A stretch of DNA of 63,808 bases, filler included, from Saprolegnia diclina VS20 (Eukaryota): the NCBI RefSeq assembly GCF_000281045.1. It is 8 parts of 5 records of this genome, joined end to end, with 100 filler letters (N's around TTAATTAATTAA, not from the genome) between each part and the next. Parts side by side here need not be neighbours in the genome. Positions count along the whole stretch, not along the records: positions 15,884 to 24,735 come from NW_008246196.1; positions 24,836 to 55,840 come from NW_008246196.1; 6 more parts are not named here. One strand, given 5' to 3'. Position numbers and translations under genes: made by a program. The first letter of the stretch is position 1. Each line of letters begins with the position of its first letter. The notes beneath the pieces were generated by a model. That model worked only from the letters and a program-made list of their open reading frames with translations, made no database searches and had not been told where the DNA came from. This document shows positions 22,586 through 34,404 of the stretch, in pieces.

Positions 22586-24415
22586 ATGGCGTCGGCGATG
22601 AGCGAGGACATGAAGATCGCGGGCGAGCTCAACCGCATGGTGCAGAAGGAGGTCGAGACCATGTTCGACCGCATGGAAGGGTACGCGCGAGGTTGCCAGC
22701 GACCTCTGCCACATTAGCGCTCGTAGGCTACGCCAAGCGAGCAAGTTTGCGTCGTTTGCGCGCGTGCACACGCCGATGGTGCTCGTGCTCGGGAACCACT
22801 CGTCCGGCAAGTCGACGTTCATCAACCACATGCTTGGCCAGGACGTGCAAAAGACGGGCCGCGCGCCGACCGACTGCACGTTCACCGTCATCGCCGGCGG
22901 GAAGCGCGCCGAGCGCCTCGACGGCTACGCTCTCTCGCGCAACAACAAGTTTGGTTTTCAGGACATTAAGGGGCTCTTTGGCGCCGACTTTGTGTCGCAG
23001 GTCGAGCTCAAGATGCTCGAGAAGTGCGACCTCCTCGACGAAACTGGCATGATGATCATCGACTCGCCAGGCATGATCGACCCGCCGGGCACGTCCGCGG
23101 ACCGCTCCGACATGGACCGTGGCTATGACTTTAAGCGCGTCGTGCGCTGGTTTGCCGGTATGCTTCCTTGCTTTTGCGAGGAATGACGTTTGATATCAAT
23201 GTATCGAGTAGAGCGCGCCGATATTGTGCTGCTCATGTTTGACCCGGACAAGCCCGGCACGACGTTCGAGACGCTTGACGTGCTCACGTCGTCGCTTCAG
23301 CATGTCAACTCGAAGGTCCGGCTCATTCTCAACAAGGTCGACGACTTCAAGTCCGTCCACGACTTTGCGCGTGCGTACGGTGCGCTGTGCTGGAACCTCA
23401 GCAAAGTCATCCCCCGCAAGGTTCACACGCCATATATGATTGCATGTTTGCCTTACACGCAGGTAGGACATGCCGTTTATCTACTCGATGTACGTGCCCA
23501 CGTCGCACATCCCGATGGAAGACATGTCGACGGGCAACGTCGACGAGGACATTCTTCGCCGGCTGCTTGTGACTGAATTTGACGGCACGCGCGGTGAAAT
23601 CATCCGTGAAGTCCAGCGCGCACCCGACCTCGCCACCGAAAACCTCCTCACGATCTTCAAGGGCGTTTGTGCGCAGCTCAAGGTATACTCCGCTATTGTC
23701 CTACGGTCTCATTTGGCCCATCTTAGATGCACGTGACTCTTATCGAAGCGTGTCAAAAAGAGTACCTCTGGACCGAGAAGGTCCACTATGGCATTACGGC
23801 TGGCCTTGTTGCGTCTGGTGTCGGCCTCGGCTTGCTCTACGTGCTGCGGACATGGGGCACGAGTGCCTCGGATGTGGTCGTCGTTGCCGCCAGCGACGAC
23901 GCCCCGCCGTCGTGGAAGCTCGAGTGGGCCAAGCAAGTCGCCTTTTCAAAGGTACTATTCTTGATCATGGTTTGTGATGGTATGTCATACTACGGTGTCC
24001 ATAGCGCGTGTTTCGGTGGGGTAGCTTGGTCAAGATCCTTGTGTCGTCGGGCTTTGCCGCGGCGTTCTCGCACAAAATCGGCAAGCGTGCGCTGGAAGAA
24101 AAGCAAAAGGGCATTCTGCAGTGGCTCCCGCGCGTCTTTGAGACCGAGTATGCGCCCGTGCTGTGCAAGAACGACCGGCTCCACGACGAGACGCGCGCCA
24201 TTTACGCGAGCATTCTCCCGACCCTTGAACTGGCGCTGACGGCGCGGCCGCTCACGGCGTTTGCTCCGTTTACGACGACTGACAAAAGTTACTTGGACGA
24301 GGTGCTCGCGACGCATGTTCCGCGCCTCGACCGCAGCGTCCGGGACCGCGCCGGCGACGACTATGCGTATTTGCGCTTCAAGCACTTTGAGAAACCGTCG
24401 CTCCAATCGCAATAG
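22586..24415 (+). CDS. EHD/sarcalumenin-type dynamin-superfamily P-loop NTPase with C-terminal hydrophobic segments (multi-exon)
   Basis: G1 GNHSSGKSTFINH, G2 APTD, G3 IIDSPG, RGYDFKRVVRWFA, G4 ILNKVD, RAYGALCWNLSK. Several short introns (first 22681-22726). Hydrophobic GITAGLVASGVGLGLLYVL. Confidence 0.85.
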
Positions 24416-24549
24416 TTTAACATTTATACACACAACATGGATATTTGCAACGACACATGCGTTGTACACCGAAACGAATGATGCAAAAGAAACACATATT
24501 CAAGTTCATGACAAGGACACAAGAATGCACGCTACAGATGAACGCGAAT

Positions 24550-24735
24550 CTAGTAGCCGGTACCACCGTTACCGGGGGTCACACTGCCAGGCGCAACCGT
24601 CGGGGCGCCAGTCGGGACCGTCGACGGGTTACCACCGGGCGTCACGCCGCCGTTGTTGGGCGTCGGGCCGGGTTTGCCGCCGGTGTTCGAGTTGATGTTA
24701 ATGTTGGCGTTGGGGTTGACGTTGGGGTTGACGTT
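24550..24735 (-). CDS. 3' fragment of an Asn/Pro/Gly/Thr-rich low-complexity (mucin-like) protein
   Basis: Minus strand reads NVNPNVNPNANININSNTGGKPGPTPNNGGVTPGGNPSTVPTGAPTVAPGSVTPGNGGTGY*. 5' part is lost in the gap. Confidence 0.6.
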   Translation of the reverse strand, partial: NVNPNVNPNANININSNTGGKPGPTPNNGGVTPGGNPSTVPTGAPTVAPGSVTPGNGGTGY

Positions 24736-24835
24736 NNNNNNNNNNNNNNNNNNNNNNNNNNNNNNNNNNNNNNNNNNNNTTAATTAATTAANNNNNNNNN
24801 NNNNNNNNNNNNNNNNNNNNNNNNNNNNNNNNNNN
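24736..24835. other. Assembly gap with linker
   Basis: N-run containing TTAATTAATTAA. Confidence 0.97.
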
Positions 24836-25614
24836 CTTAGGTTGTGAAGAGCCGTCCATCGCTCCTGCTTACAAACCACTTACAAACCACGCGAAGAGAG
24901 CGGTGATGCAAGTCGTCTTGAATGCATTGCGACAAAGGTCGCGGCAAGCGTGGATGCTGAACACTAAAAGTAGAGCACTGTAGTGTCGAGTCCAAGCCGT
25001 CGTCGTCGTCTGTGTAGCTGAAAGACCTCTGACCCAATACAGTATGCAACGGTCTGGGCTGCAGTATAACAAAAGAGCGCCGTCAGGGCTTTACCGGCAT
25101 TCATATACATCTTCAAGCCCGGGGTTTATTAATACGTGCTGCAGGTAAGCTCCGAACGCTGGCGTCGTATCCACCAACATATATTTGCAGCAGAAACCAC
25201 AGTGCAGCAGCACAATAAGATACCCATCTCGTTGGCAGAGGCATGGCTATGTGCCGTCGGTCGGTTGTCGGTCGGTCGCTCGAGCGGCTGGAGCAAGAAG
25301 GCTACATCGATAGATGGTCATACGCAGGACGTACCTCGATGGAGCAATGGCAGCGTAGCATCGTCATGATGGCGCGTCTGTCGCGCAGTTGCGGCTGCCT
25401 TCGATCCAGTCTTTTCAGGTGATAGCCTCCAAGCCGTGTCAAAAAAGGGTGCGTCGACGCGGTGCCGGCTATTTGCTTGATAAAAATGGTGCATGGTTTA
25501 CCCTCTTTTTGTCTCCAAGAGCGTCCACCAAGCCCTCTTTTAGGGCAAACTCATTGACTGCGGGCCAGGCTTGGTCGCCTGCTACAATCAATCACGCGCA
25601 AGACGAGCGAGGGC

Positions 25615-26886
25615 ATGGAGATCCTCTCGATCGCGTTCGCCATCTCGGCCGCGCTGACGCTGCTCACGGTGCTCCTCTCGGGCTGGGAGGTCTGGACGCA
25701 TCTGCTCTACAACCCGCAGGCCGGCATCCGCCGCTACGTGCTCCGCATCCTGCTCATGGTGCCGATTTACGCCGTGACGTCGTACCTCGCGCTCACGATC
25801 CCCGAGTACAAGATCTACTTTGAGACGATCCGCGACTTTTACGAGGCCTTTGCTCTGCACTCGTTCTACTACTTTATGATCGAGTTCCTCGGCGGCCAAG
25901 AGGTGCTCGCGCAGCGGCTCCGCAGCCACAAGCACGACGCGCACCACGTCATGGGCTTCCAGTGGTGCTTGAGCACGTGGAAGATGGGCCCGCAGTTCGT
26001 GCGCATGAACACGCTCGGCATTTTACAGTACATCCCGTGCAAGATCTTCATCACGGTCACGACGTTTGTGAGCATCATCTTTGACTTTTACGGCGAGGGC
26101 CAATATACCAACCCGCTCGTCGCGTACGGCTGGCTCACGCTCATTCTGACCGTGTCGCAGACGTGGGCGCTCTACTGCCTCGTGCTGTTCTACCACGGCT
26201 GCCTCGAAGAGCTCGCGCCCATGAAGCCGTTTCCCAAGTTTATGGCGATCAAGATGATCATTTTCTTCACGTTCTGGCAGAGCTGCACGATCTCGGCGCT
26301 CGGGAAGGCCGGCGTCATCTCCGAGTCGTGGCACATTCGCTGCAAGATCAACGAGTGCGACTTGATCACGGGGATCTGCCACCATGAAGAGTGCTGGGAG
26401 ACAGCCGAGATTGGCGCCGCGCTCAACAACTTTATCGTATGCGTCGAGATGCTCCTCTTTGCGGTCGTGCACCATTATGCGTTCAAGATCGACGACTTCC
26501 TCCGCATGGAGCGCGAGAAGAACAATGAGATCACCAACAACGTCAAGAACGGGATGCTCGGCAACTTCCTCGACGTGATTTCGATCACGGACGTGGCCAA
26601 AGACATCCAGTACTCCAAGATGCAGCTCCTCACCGAGAAGCAGCGCCTCGCACTCGTCTTTGAAGAAGAAAAGAAGAAGCGCAAGGGCGGCGTCCACGCG
26701 AACGAGATCGCCGAGCGCTCGCTGCATCTCGAAGCCAGCGGCGTCAAGCAACCGCTGCTCGCACCCGTTGCCGCTGCCAAGCAGCCGCCCCGGCGACCGA
26801 TGGCACCGATCGTGACGAAGGACGAGGCCCGCAACCGGCTCTCGATGCTGTATGAAAACTTGTCCCACAAAGACTCGTTGGAGTAG
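25615..26886 (+). CDS. TMEM184 / organic solute transporter alpha family membrane protein
   Basis: RYVLRILLMVPIYA, TIRDFYEAFALHSF, GILQY, KFMAIKMIIFFTFWQS, NFIVCVEM..FAVVHHYAF. Confidence 0.92.
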   Translation: MEILSIAFAISAALTLLTVLLSGWEVWTHLLYNPQAGIRRYVLRILLMVPIYAVTSYLALTIPEYKIYFETIRDFYEAFALHSFYYFMIEFLGGQEVLAQRLRSHKHDAHHVMGFQWCLSTWKMGPQFVRMNTLGILQYIPCKIFITVTTFVSIIFDFYGEGQYTNPLVAYGWLTLILTVSQTWALYCLVLFYHGCLEELAPMKPFPKFMAIKMIIFFTFWQSCTISALGKAGVISESWHIRCKINECDLITGICHHEECWETAEIGAALNNFIVCVEMLLFAVVHHYAFKIDDFLRMEREKNNEITNNVKNGMLGNFLDVISITDVAKDIQYSKMQLLTEKQRLALVFEEEKKKRKGGVHANEIAERSLHLEASGVKQPLLAPVAAAKQPPRRPMAPIVTKDEARNRLSMLYENLSHKDSLE

Positions 26887-27155
26887 GGAACGACGTGGTC
26901 TGCCTCCTCCTCCTTGCTATCTGGTCAATATACCCGTCGTTGCTCGACTTCTATGGCATTTTGCTCCCTGCGTCCATGCTACGTCCCTGTGCCAAGTGCA
27001 TAGGGAGAGGAATATCTACAGTCATACCGGACTACTGTCCAGGAACCCTTGACGCTACATGGTTCTCTCACCAGCTCCCGTCCTTATGCACAGGATCGCA
27101 TCGAGGTATGACACAACACAAGGGTGACACGGGGTAAATTATACGGTGTGGACGA

Positions 27156-30100
27156 TCAATGGTGCTGGCTCGACGGCGAGGGCGGCGTCGCGTGGTGATG
27201 GTGGTGGCTCGTACTGCTGCTGCTACTAGAACTCGAGCTGCTTTTGGTCGAGTTTTTTCGGTGCGGCGTCGACTTTGGCACGGGCGCTTGCGGAATGAGG
27301 TCGCCCCTCCGGAACCGCATCGTCACGGGGCGCGTCACGACCGTGAGGGCTTGAATGCACTGGTCAAACGGCAGGCCGCGGAGGTCCGTGTCGCCAAGAT
27401 GCACGAGGATGTCGCCAAGGTGCACTTGCTTGAGGTGCGGCGGGCACACGACGTCGTCCGCGTTTTGGTACTCCATGCGCGAGACAAATGGTGCGTTCGT
27501 CATCGGGTGCGCCGAGAAGAGGAGCCCGAGGCGGCACTTGTCGGGCCACTCGAGGACGTACTCTTGCCGCGCCGGTGTGTGGCTGCTACTGCGCGAGCTC
27601 GCGGGGTACACGGGCTTGGCCGGGCGAAGAAAGCGCAGCACGACCGGCTTGGGCATCGTGGCCAGCATCGCAAGCGTGTCGTTGAGCTTTTGCTGCGGCG
27701 TAAACGGAATCCCATTGGCCCCTAATCATCGTCGCCGTGAAAAGAGCTGCAGAAGGAGCGGTGTGTACCGAGAAGGATATCGCCGAGCGCCATGCGCTTG
27801 GTATTGTCGTTGTTGCCCGTGACACGCGAGACAACCGCGCGTCGCGACTCAGGGTGCGGCTTGAGCGTCACGCCAAGCTCTTGGCCCGCACTCCACGTAA
27901 TCTCATACTCGAACGAGATGCCACCTTTGCTCGAGGACTCGGGTGGGTGCGACGACGACCGCGCCACCTTGGCCGCGGGTACGTCCGAAGCAGACGCATT
28001 TGACGAAGGCGTCGTGGGCTCTTCTTTCGGTGGCGACGACCGGTGCGTCGACTGCGGCTGCACCGACAGTGGGTGTAGGACCGTACCGGATGACGACGAG
28101 GACGCTGGTTGCTTATAGTCGTCCATGTCGGCCATTTCCGACTTGCGAATCGCCGCGAGGTTCATCTTTTTTAGCTCGAGCGCAGCGGCAGCGGTGGCAG
28201 CAGCAGCCGCCACAATTGCAGCGTGGGCCTTGTCCAGCGACATGGCCGTCGACGAGGAAATCGGACCGTTGAGCACCGACGACGACGGGGGCGGGGGCGA
28301 CGACAACGGTGGCGACGGTAGCGGCGGCGGCGACGAGATCGGCACCGGCGAGTCCAGCAACTGGTGCACCGTGCGGTGCTTGTCGGGTGTCGTCGCTGAC
28401 GCAGATGGCTTTTGCCGCGGCGAGTGCAAACTCGACCGCTTCGAGCGCTCGGACGTGCCACTGATGGCATTGCCGGAGGTCGATCGGGTCGGCCGTGTCG
28501 AAGTTGCAGGCGTCGCGTTGGACGCTTGCTGTTGCTGCTGCTGTTGTTGTTGCTGGTGCTGCTTGCCAAAGAACCCCCGCGACGTGTTCTTCTCGGGCGT
28601 GATCGAATGGCGCTTCCCGCTGTCGTCCGGCTTGGTTTTGCCCATCTTGACAGCGTCTTTGAGCGCGGACGAGAGCTTGGTTGTGAACGGAATGCCATCG
28701 TGCTTGTCCTTCTCCTTCTTGTTGCCGTTGCTCGTGGTTGGCGGCGGCGGCGGGGGCACCGCCGTCGGTGGTGACGACAGCTGCTTCTTGGACGCTTGGA
28801 GCTTGAGCTCGATCGCCGCCTTTTCTCGCCGAAAGCGCAGCTGGAGCGGCCGCTTAGCCTGGCGCAGTGTTTTGAGCACTTCGTGGAACTCGATGCCATC
28901 GACGCAGTCGTCGTTGACCCACACGAGCTGGTCGCCGACGCGCATGCTCGCGCTCGTCGGTGACGACGGTGCCTTGCCTTGCTTGGCCTTGGCGGTTTTC
29001 GCAATGCCCACGTCGGCGACGATCGTGCCGTACGGAGCGCACTTGAGCGTAAAGCCGAGCGGCTGCTTCTTTTCCCAGCCTTGCTCGTACTCGTCCGGTC
29101 CAATCTCGGGTCGCAGCGAGACCTGGCGCAAGTCCGGAGCAAAGTACAAGGTCGCGGGCTTGACGACTTCGTGCAGCTGCTTGATCGCTGCGTTGAACGT
29201 GCCGCACGACGTGTCGTAGTTGCCGATCGAGATGAGGTAGTGACCGGGCACAATGTCTTTGACTTGGGCGGACCGGTTCTTCCCTGTGATGCGCGTCACC
29301 TGCGGGTACGGCACGTCCTTGTTGGCGACGAGACTCACGCCGAGCGGGCCTTCTTCCCAAAACACTGGGTACTTGTTGTCCATATCGATCGACGGCGCCT
29401 GGCTTTCCTTGGCCTTCTCTTCGGCCTGGAGCTCCTCGAGGCGCGCCGCAATGCGCTGCGCAATCGAGCTCTTCCACGCGTAGGCGCCCGTGCCCTTCGA
29501 CGTGAGGTCCTTCTCCATCGGTGGTGCGGCCGAGTCGGATGCACGTCGGAACGTGAGCGCGGCGGGCTTTTGCGCGACCTTGAGGAGGTCGATGACATCT
29601 CGAAAGTTCATGCGGTGCGTATCTTGGTCGCCAATGCGCACGAGGTAGTCGCCAATCTCGACGAGGTGGATGCCGAGCATCGAGCTTTTCCCTGTGAGCT
29701 TGGTCACGGCGGGGAGGAAGAGCGACGTCATCTTGAGCCGAAGGCCGAGGAGGCCCTCTTCCCAAATGAGCTTGTACATGGCGCCGGTGGCCTGCGATAG
29801 CGTCGCGGCGCTGTGGTCGATCGAGACGCGGCGCATCGAGAGCGGGTCGCCTGTCGACACGGGCAGCTCGTACTCGTCGTCGGGGTTTTCAAAGTAGTTT
29901 TCAACCTCGATCGCCGGCGTGTCGCCGCCAAACTCAAAATTCAGGTCGCTCATGACCGAGTCGAGCGTGACCGAGTCGAACGAGTCGCGCGCCTCGTCGT
30001 AGAGGTCGTCGCCATGCCCACCGTCGTCGTCGCGGTCGTCCCGGTCGTCGGTGCCAAAGATGTCGCTGTCGCTATCGTTGAAGATGTCGTCGCTCATGCC

Positions 30101-30361
30101 CGAGAAGCGCTCGGACATCGGCGACCGATTGACGTCGTCGTCGCTGTCGTCAAGGTCGTCGAGGTCGTCCTCGGGGATGTGGATCGTGTTGCGCTCGATC
30201 TCTTGCTCGTCGTACTCGAGGTCGTCGCTGAGCCGCTCGACGTCGTCGGCGTCGCCGCCCGGCACGTCGAACTGGAGGCTGAAGTTCTCGAGGTCGGGCC
30301 CGCCGGACCCGAGGAGCGCGTCCATGTCGTACACGCCGCCCCGCTCCATGTGTCGGGACAT
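27156..30361 (-). CDS. Multi-PDZ-like domain protein with acidic N-terminus (intron 27722-27768)
   Basis: Five modules of the form Y-x-x-x-W...LG-x-x-(L/F)...G(D/H)xL...Px(x)LxF, plus a polyQ/Pro/Ser linker. The intron joins ORF 27722..30361 to ORF 27156..27668 in frame. Confidence 0.85.
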
Positions 30362-31004
30362 GCTAAAGTCGTCCTCTTCCGTCCTGGTGGCTGATTCGGC
30401 TGTCTTACAAGCGCCGAGCGTAACCTATCCCGCGATTTCATTGGCCAAAATTCGCGTTTCCGCTCAGCAACACAAAAAAACACTTCTCCGCAGAGCGGGG
30501 CTAAACGCACGCCACCCGCGTCGTCGCCGCCGCCTCCGAGATCGCCAGGACCTCGATACCCTTAGTATGCTACTCAGTCGTATCGAAAGCGCTCAATGTC
30601 AATGCCGCTGGCCATGTCCTGTGCGCCCAGCAATTGGCAGATGGCGCGGGAACGGCAATGTCATGCAGCAGCAGCTTGAGCTTTGGGCAGCTGAGGTCGG
30701 ATGGCTTGCACAGTAGGCGGCGAAAGCCGCTCGTGTGACGCCAATAGAGGATTCGAGAGCAGCACGAGGGCGACGTCGCCAGTCGACGCTGCTCGAGGCG
30801 GGCCGTTGGTCGCACCGGCGTATGCGCACTGGCTACTGCGATGAAGGCTGTCGCGCTTGTTGCTACGCTACGATTTTATTGGCACCACGTCCGCCCCTCG
30901 ACCGTTCGGTAGGTCGGACAAAAGAGTCGTTCTTTCCGATCGACCGGCTGTTGGATAACATTTAGCAAGGTTAGAATCGCTATGTCTAGGACGCAAAGAG
31001 CGCT

Positions 31005-32061
31005 TTAGGCTGGCGGCATCGCATCGTCGCACGGGCGCAACGTGCTGTCCATTTCGTTCCAGAAGTGCGTGCCTGTGAACGTACTCGACGAGATGCAGCC
31101 GCCTAGTAGCGCCACGTAATGCTTGCCATTATGAAGAGGATGGGGAAGGGAAATGTACCGACGGGCTGGCCGGGAAAGCACTCGCACGTGCCGCCAAGCG
31201 ACTTGGGCAGCTGGTCGGCGTCAATGTGCGTGAGCAGCGTCGGCTTGAAGTTTTTGCCCAAAATCGAAATCTTCTTGCGCGAATTTTCGTTGAGGAAGAC
31301 CTCGATGAGCTTCCACGTGCCGTAAAAGAAGAGCGGTGCGTTCACGATGAAGACGTGGTTGAGCGTCTCGGGGTAGTGATCTAGGTTGTCCTTAATTCCA
31401 TGCACCATCGCGCCGATGTGCACCTTGGTTGATGACGGCCACCTCCTTGATAAATTGATACACTACTTTTTTGAACGTGTGCATGCCAATGCCCGCCAGG
31501 TCGTAGATGACCGTGGACTTGACCATGGTCTTCCCGACGCGCTGGGCCTACGCGTCCATATTCGCCGATGCAGTCGTATTCTGCGAACTTACCGCTTTCG
31601 GGAAGGTGTAGTGCATTTGAAACTCGCACTTTTGAACGTGCGCGTTGAGGACGTCTTCGAACTTGCACGTTTTGGCCATCGCGTCCGTGTCGAGGTTCCC
31701 AATGTCCTCGATGAGGAGCACGTTGCCTTCTTTATCGACGCCGTGGCAGCCTTGCGGCTACAGTATTTGCGTGAATCGTCCGAGATAGTGTTGACACACG
31801 AACGAGGTAGCGGCGAATGACGTCGGTCTTGGCCTTGGGCACCATGAATTGCTTGGAGAGGCGCCCAATGTTGTTGTCTTCGCGCCAGCGCATGCTGTCT
31901 CGAATCATCTTGAGCGACTCGGCCTCGGTCGGGCGCGCCGCGAGGTACCGCGTGAGCATGTCATCAAGGTTGCCCAATGGCACAAGCCCCGTGGCTTCCA
32001 TGCGCTCGAGCGAAAACTCGGCGAGGACGGAGGCCTTGAACGACGTGAGCGCCGCCGCCAT
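31005..32061 (-). CDS. CRAL-TRIO (Sec14-like) lipid-binding protein, multi-exon
   Basis: DDMLTRYLAAR...MRWREDNNI, VIYDLAGIG, DHYPETLNHVFIVNAPLFFYGTWKLIEVFL, HIDADQLPKSLGGTC. Confidence 0.9.
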
Positions 32062-32557
32062 TCTACTGCGTGTTGAAAAGTGGGACTCGAACGTCGACTG
32101 ACCGGGTCGACTGCGCCATCTTGATGCGTGTACGTTGGCGTCAATATCCGAAACGGCCGTCAACAGCCAAGAGGATAAAGACCGCGTCAAGTGTCGCTTT
32201 TACTCCCAGTCGTCGGACTGACTTTAGCTGGGTAGTAGATAGCACAAAGCTTTGTGCACAATAGGACAATACCATAACGACGTCAGATGTACCTGACCGA
32301 TGCGCCCATCGCAATATGATTCCCAAGCCTTGGATTAGGGAGCGGGCGGTAAATGAGAGCCTTTAGTCGTCGAGGTGAGAGCAACCAAGTTTAGCGTTCG
32401 AGAGCTGCCTCGCCTTGCGCGTCAAGGCTGCCTTGGTGTCGCGGTATCAGCAATAGGTGCACTCTGCAGATGCACTGCGAGTCTGGACGAGAAGTGTCCT
32501 TGTGTCGCTCGTGAGCAGTAATACAGGTATACACTGCATTCAAGGACCTTACACAGC

Positions 32558-33774
32558 TTATGGCTCCAGTGCAAGATACTTGTCTCGGTTGTAAATGGCG
32601 TCGGGGCATCGAGCAAACATGAGACGCCGGAGCTTCTCAAACTCGACGTCTTCGGAGCTACTGCCGACAACGTGGTCCCAGGCGGTCGCTTCGTCTTCGA
32701 GCGTGTACCCTCGATCCTTTGTAAAGAGGTTCGAGTGCCACAAGAGCACACGTAGCGTGCACGTCGTCGGCGAAGTCCGATCGAGGACGTACCTACATTG
32801 CATTTCGAACATAGCTCGCATCAAGCAGCTGCGTACCAGAAGGTGCGGTGGTGCCACACGTGGTTGTGGTCGATGCGGTCGTCGTCCTGGACACTGCCAC
32901 CGACGAAGACGACACGGTTGGGTGTCCGGAACTCGCGGCTGAGAAACATATCTGTCTCGCCGTCGTCTTCCTTGGCGCCGCAGCGGTACAGGAGCGTCGG
33001 GTCCACTTGCGATAGGAGCTACGCATTTCTAGTGTTCAACTATCCCACGCGTATACATCCAAATACCTCGCAATCGACGAGCGAGTAAAAGTCAGGGAGA
33101 CTGTCGCCTCGAAAGAGCGACTGGATCCGACCGGACAGCGCCGCGTCAGCCGCGTCGAGCGACAGTGGCAGCTCGCGCTGGATGCGCCAGTAGAGGTTAA
33201 ACGTATCGTCGGGAAGCACTTGAACGTTAAAGTCCACAATGGGCCGGGAGTCCGCGCCCGGAAAGCCATACTGCGACAGCATGCGGTCCGTGTTGCAATA
33301 CCACTGCGTCGTGATCCAGTCGACGCCCAGCTTGCGCGCGTTCTCATCTGCGAGCAGCGTCACGCGCGATATCGACGGCGTGCGGGCAATACCCTAGGCG
33401 TCATGTGAGCGATCATGGGACGGTCATGGCTCAGGCACCGATATGGCCGACGCGGTCACCCAGCGCGAGATGACCTGGGCGAGCCGAGCGCGGCGCGCGT
33501 GTATCGCGCGGAGGCGCAAGTTCTCTCGCGACGCGTCTTTAGTCGCAGAGGCAAAGACGGCGGCCACGTGCGACCAAGCGAGCGGCGGAGGGATCGCGAG
33601 CACGGCCGAGAGCTCGTCGATCTCGGCTTGTAGCTGCGCGCGGTCGGCCTGGTACCGCGCCCGGAACTTGCGCTGCTTGAGACGGTTCTTGAGGCGGTAG
33701 TCGGCGCGCGGGTCGTCCTCGAGGACGGTCGGCGCGAGGCTCTCGGCTTCGATCGCGTCCGTGTCTGGGACCAT
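32558..33774 (-). CDS. Oomycete bZIP-like/M96-like hypothetical protein, paralogue 1 (multi-exon)
   Basis: Basic region KNRLKQRKFRARY followed by Leu heptads. TLLADENARKLGVDWIT..WYCNTDRM is shared with the genes at 41-42 kb and 44-45 kb. Confidence 0.7.
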
Positions 33775-34404
33775 GATAGGTGTAATGAAGATTGATCGCC
33801 GCTGATTGGCCACGATTTTGAGGGTTGTTCCGGATTGGTCCATCGTGGATGCCACGTGCCAAATGCAGTCGGTGACGACCGACTAACTAGAGAAAGGCGA
33901 CGTTCCGTGAAGGCAGCGACGAAATCTTCTTTGATCTACGAGCGAGTACCCCAGATCACGGTAGCGGTGCTGGTAGTGCGAGTGTTCCAGCAGCGCCATG
34001 CCCGAGCACGAGCTGTATATGGGTACGTTCCCAAAAGTCTGCACCATCGACCTCAACATGGCACAACGCTTGAACAGTACACGGTAGCAACAAATATGTG
34101 ATGGCAACAGCGATGGTCAGATGCATCTGCGCAAGGTCTGATAGCTAACCGTGTATGTCGCGAACCCGGTACGAGCAAAACTAGAGAAACCTGCAGGTTG
34201 ACCGCCTCCGACGACGCGACCGTCGACCGGCACCTCTGGTCTGCCAAGTCGATGCCACTCCAAACTCGGCTGGAGAGCGACGGCGTATCCGAATCAATCC
34301 TGCTTCCTTACCTTCGTCGTCACTGCAAAGCTCTTTGGCAAAGACAAGATATGAGATGAGAACATTGACTCTTTTCAAAATCAAATGTTATTTTGACTCG
34401 CTAT

